64,000 bases of DNA, taken from positions 2,944,001-3,008,000 of the forward strand of contig OZ241867.1 of the NCBI GenBank assembly GCA_965203175.1, in the 5' to 3' direction. This stretch comes from Candidatus Latescibacterota bacterium (GTDB lineage Bacteria; Latescibacterota; UBA2968; UBA8231). Shown here one piece after another: positions 60,960 to 64,000 of the stretch. The position numbers were made by a program, and so were the translations under genes. Positions within the stretch are counted from its first letter, which is position 1; every line of letters starts with the position of its first letter. The notes beneath the pieces are model-generated. The model was not told the DNA's origin. It saw nothing but the letters and a program-made list of their open reading frames with translations, and did not search any database.

Positions 60960-63833
60960 ATGAAGTACAAATTGCTTTTATATGCTCTCGTGCTGTGGGC
61001 GGGCGTCGCCTTCGGCGCAGAGGGGACGCTTTCCGGTGTTGTGAAGGGGTTGGAGGGTGAAGCGATCCCCGGTGCCAACATCGTCCTTGTCGGCGACCTA
61101 CTTCCAGGCGGCAAGATCGGCACGGCTACCGACGAAGATGGTCGCTTCCGCTTGGAGGGGCTGCCGACCGGCGAGTATCAGCTCAACGTCACGCATATCG
61201 GCTATAGGACCCTAATGCGAGAAGGCGTTGGCATCGTCAGCGGTGAACAGGAGTTGATGCTGACGCTGGAGACGGGGATCATCTTCCTCGACCAGAACGT
61301 AGTCTCGGCTTCGCGGCGGCAGGAAAAAGTCCTCGAAGCTCCGGCCTCGGTGGCGGTGGTCGAGGCCAAAGAGATCCGCAATCGGCCGGCGCTCAGCGTT
61401 GTCGAGCACATCCGCGACGTGCCGGCGGTGGACTTTTCCCAGACTGGTTTGGCGCAGAGCAATGTAGTTGTGCGGGGTTTCAACAATGTCTTTTCGGGGG
61501 CTTTGCTGACGCTGACCGACAATCGCATCGCCCGCGTCCCCTCGCTGCGACTGAATGCCTACAACTTCATTCCGGTGACCAACGACGACATCGAGCGCAT
61601 CGAGGTGGTGTTGGGACCGGGGTCGGCGCTATACGGCCCCAATAGCGCCAACGGCGTGATGCACATCATCACCCGCTCGCCGTTCACTTCGGGGGGAACT
61701 AATGTCAACGTTGGCCTAGGCGAGCGGAGTGTGCGCAAGGTCGGTATGCGCCACGCCGGGGCTGCTAGCGATCGGCTCGGCTACAAGATCTCGGCCCAGT
61801 ACTATACGGGAGTGGACTGGGAATACGAAGACCCGGTAGAGGTGCAGGCTAGAGCCTCCAATCCAGCCATCAAACCGCGCAGTTTTGACATTGAACGCCA
61901 GAGCGCTGAAGCGCGCTTGGATTACAAGGCCTCGGACGACTTGACGGCTATTTTGTCAGCCGGATACAACAAGGGTGATCAGATCGAGTTGACCGGCTTA
62001 GGGGCTGGCCAAGCCCAAGACTGGGCGTACAACTATGTCCAGCTTCGCCTGCTGTACAAGAATTGGTTTGCTCAGGTATTCCAGAACGGGAGCAACGCTG
62101 GCGACACCTTTACCCTGCGCGATGGGAATCCGATCGTCGATAAGTCCAAGCTGACCGCGTTTCAGCTCCAGCACTCCGCGACGATGGGAGTGCGGCAGCG
62201 CTTTACCTACGGGGCCGATGTGCTGCTGACGCGGCCCGATACCGAGGGGACCATCACCGGCGGGAACGAAGACTACGATCAGACCAACGAATTTGGGGCT
62301 TATGTGCAGAGCGAGACGGCCCTGAGTGAGATGCTGGACTTGGTGGTGGCTCTGCGCTACGACGACCACAATCGCATTCCCGAAGGCGAAATCTCGCCGC
62401 GCGCCGGGCTAGTCTTCAAGCCTAAAGAGACCCAGATCCTGCGGCTGACGTACAACCGCGCCTTTGCGACCCCGTCGAGCAACAACCTCTATTTGGACAT
62501 CCGCTCTCTGCAGGATCCCTTCGGTATTGGCGCGGCGTTTGCGCCGGTGCTGGGTTTTGCGCCGGCGATAGACATTCGTGCGCAGGGAACCTATCGCGAG
62601 GGCTTTGCTAGCGGCTGGACTTTTGCTCGCTCGGACAATGGCCGACCAAAGTTCCGTTCGTCTTTTGCGCCAGTGGCGGAGATGGACCCGGCCGACTTCA
62701 TCGACTTGGGGGATCCGATTTTTACCAATGTGATGTGGGGGCTGGGTCGCAGCGGAGTGTTGAGTGCGCTCAATACCCCGCTTTTTATGGGACTAGCGGC
62801 GACCCAAATAGGGGTGCTGCAAGGGCTGGACAAAGCAACGGCGGAGGCTGCCGCCCAGCAGCTATTGGGCGGGTTAGATGCGCTGGTACCCGCACAACTG
62901 ACGGGGTTGGACAACGCTCTGCTCAAGCTCAACTTGGAGAAGGTGGCGGCCGGTGATTCGGCTCCCTTTGATCCGGTAGCCGATGTTATCGACGTGCCAC
63001 TGACTCGCTCGACGACTACTGAGACTTATGAATTTGGCTATAAGGGGGTAGTCGGCGAGAAGCTGGTGGTGGCGGCCGACCTGTATCACACGCGGATAAA
63101 GGATTTTGTCTCTCCGATTCAGGTGCAGACGCCTAATGTCTTCCTCGACCCGGCTAGCCTCGGGGCGGCGCTAGGTGCTAGTATTGGCGGGGCGCTGGCC
63201 GAGAATGCAGAGTTGGCCGCGGCGGTCGCTCCGCTCGACAATATGCAGGTCCCGGGCACTTTGTCTGGCAATGGCGATGGCTCGCCAGTGGATGAAATTG
63301 TCACTTTGTTTGCCGGCGGGGCCGCGGGCATACCGTTTGGCACGGTTACGCCGGAACAGGCCTTCGATCCGACGGCCGTAATGTTGACCTATCGCAATTT
63401 CGGCGAAATCTCTCTTAACGGCTTGGATGTGAACTTGGCCTATTTCCCGAGCGACCAATGGTCGCTAACGGGCAGCTATTCTTATGTCGATAAGACTTTA
63501 TTTGAGAACGTCGATGGCATCGCCGATATAGCGCTCAACGCGCCGGGTAACAAGTTCAAACTAGGCACGTCCTACACCTTCGACCAAGAGCAATTAACCC
63601 TAGGAGCGCAGTGGCGCTACGTGGGGGCGTTTCGCCAGGAGTCGGGCGTGTTCGTCGGGGATGTGGACGAGTACTCGCTCCTCGATTTGAACGCTAGTTG
63701 TCTGTTGCCGTTCGGAAGCAACCTGCGGCTCGGGGTGGATGTTTCCAACGCGCTCGACAACAAGCACCGCACCTTTATTGGGGCACCGGAGATCGGCCGC
63801 TTGGTCTTTGGGCAATTGGGCGTGGCGTTTTAA
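60960..63833 (+). CDS. TonB-dependent outer-membrane receptor with N-terminal CarboxypepD_reg-like domain
   Basis: AGGAG RBS before ATG 60960; signal peptide; IPGANI..G..TD.DG.F; VVSASR TonB box; plug DIERIEVVLGPGSALYG...ANGV; C-terminal N.LD..GRL..GVAF. Confidence 0.92.
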   Translation: MKYKLLLYALVLWAGVAFGAEGTLSGVVKGLEGEAIPGANIVLVGDLLPGGKIGTATDEDGRFRLEGLPTGEYQLNVTHIGYRTLMREGVGIVSGEQELMLTLETGIIFLDQNVVSASRRQEKVLEAPASVAVVEAKEIRNRPALSVVEHIRDVPAVDFSQTGLAQSNVVVRGFNNVFSGALLTLTDNRIARVPSLRLNAYNFIPVTNDDIERIEVVLGPGSALYGPNSANGVMHIITRSPFTSGGTNVNVGLGERSVRKVGMRHAGAASDRLGYKISAQYYTGVDWEYEDPVEVQARASNPAIKPRSFDIERQSAEARLDYKASDDLTAILSAGYNKGDQIELTGLGAGQAQDWAYNYVQLRLLYKNWFAQVFQNGSNAGDTFTLRDGNPIVDKSKLTAFQLQHSATMGVRQRFTYGADVLLTRPDTEGTITGGNEDYDQTNEFGAYVQSETALSEMLDLVVALRYDDHNRIPEGEISPRAGLVFKPKETQILRLTYNRAFATPSSNNLYLDIRSLQDPFGIGAAFAPVLGFAPAIDIRAQGTYREGFASGWTFARSDNGRPKFRSSFAPVAEMDPADFIDLGDPIFTNVMWGLGRSGVLSALNTPLFMGLAATQIGVLQGLDKATAEAAAQQLLGGLDALVPAQLTGLDNALLKLNLEKVAAGDSAPFDPVADVIDVPLTRSTTTETYEFGYKGVVGEKLVVAADLYHTRIKDFVSPIQVQTPNVFLDPASLGAALGASIGGALAENAELAAAVAPLDNMQVPGTLSGNGDGSPVDEIVTLFAGGAAGIPFGTVTPEQAFDPTAVMLTYRNFGEISLNGLDVNLAYFPSDQWSLTGSYSYVDKTLFENVDGIADIALNAPGNKFKLGTSYTFDQEQLTLGAQWRYVGAFRQESGVFVGDVDEYSLLDLNASCLLPFGSNLRLGVDVSNALDNKHRTFIGAPEIGRLVFGQLGVAF

Positions 63834-63851
63834 GAGAGGATACAGCAGGCG

Positions 63852-63884
63852 AAAGGGGGACGGGCGATGTCCGTCCCCCTTTTT
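63852..63884. terminator. Intrinsic terminator hairpin, probably bidirectional
   Basis: AAAGGGGGACGGGC-GAT-GTCCGTCCCCCTTTTT between convergent genes. Confidence 0.85.
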
Positions 63885-64000
63885 ATGTCGGCTTGTTGCC
63901 GCGGGCCATGACCACCTTGCCGGTGCGCACCATTTCCTTGAGGTCGAATTTGCTCAAGAGCGATTCGAGCGCGTCCATCTTCTCGGTGGTGCCGGTGGCC
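63883..64000 (-). CDS. ilvN: Acetolactate synthase small subunit, 3' end (partial)
   Basis: Manual translation ..ATGTTEKMDALESLLSKFDLKEMVRTGKVVMARGNKPT*; matches the IlvH/IlvN C-terminus (E..RTG....RG). Confidence 0.75.
   Translation of the reverse strand, partial: ATGTTEKMDALESLLSKFDLKEMVRTGKVVMARGNKPT

Overview
A GC-rich (roughly 60-65% by eye), gene-dense stretch of core bacterial chromosome with about 48 CDS. I see no rRNA, tRNA, CRISPR array, IS element or phage. Promoters are E. coli-type sigma70 (TTGACA-N17-TAnnnT) and GGAG Shine-Dalgarno sites are present, yet the window also encodes type IX secretion (T9SS)-like proteins. Together these suggest a non-Bacteroidota member of the FCB group such as Latescibacterota or Gemmatimonadota (inference). 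Housekeeping blocks are rluA-lspA-dksA-ileS-yggT-yggS, secDF-apbE-polyprenyl synthase, rpmB, panC-folK-folB-purD-era, lexA, tilS(frameshifted)-ftsH-folP-cdaA, argR-argB-argD-argH, ligA, cyoE, parAB-ppdK and ilvN. The most unusual part is a 15-kb cell-envelope cluster (14213-29493). It encodes a PorU-like sortase with Ser at the expected catalytic Cys, PorV, an M6-type protein with a degenerate zinc motif and a T9SS C-terminal domain (CTD), a metallopeptidase/beta-propeller/Omp85 fusion, a solitary DNA methyltransferase, two DUF5683-like paralogues and a CTD-bearing metallopeptidase. The 5' region of the Omp85-fusion gene is a roughly 150-bp copy of the porU-porV junction. Other notable points are two tandem enolase-superfamily paralogues at the end of the arg operon, a diadenylate cyclase with DRA instead of DGA, a candidate LexA box inside the lexA promoter spacer, and apparently undepleted CTAG. 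All family assignments come from motif recognition by eye, not from database searches.
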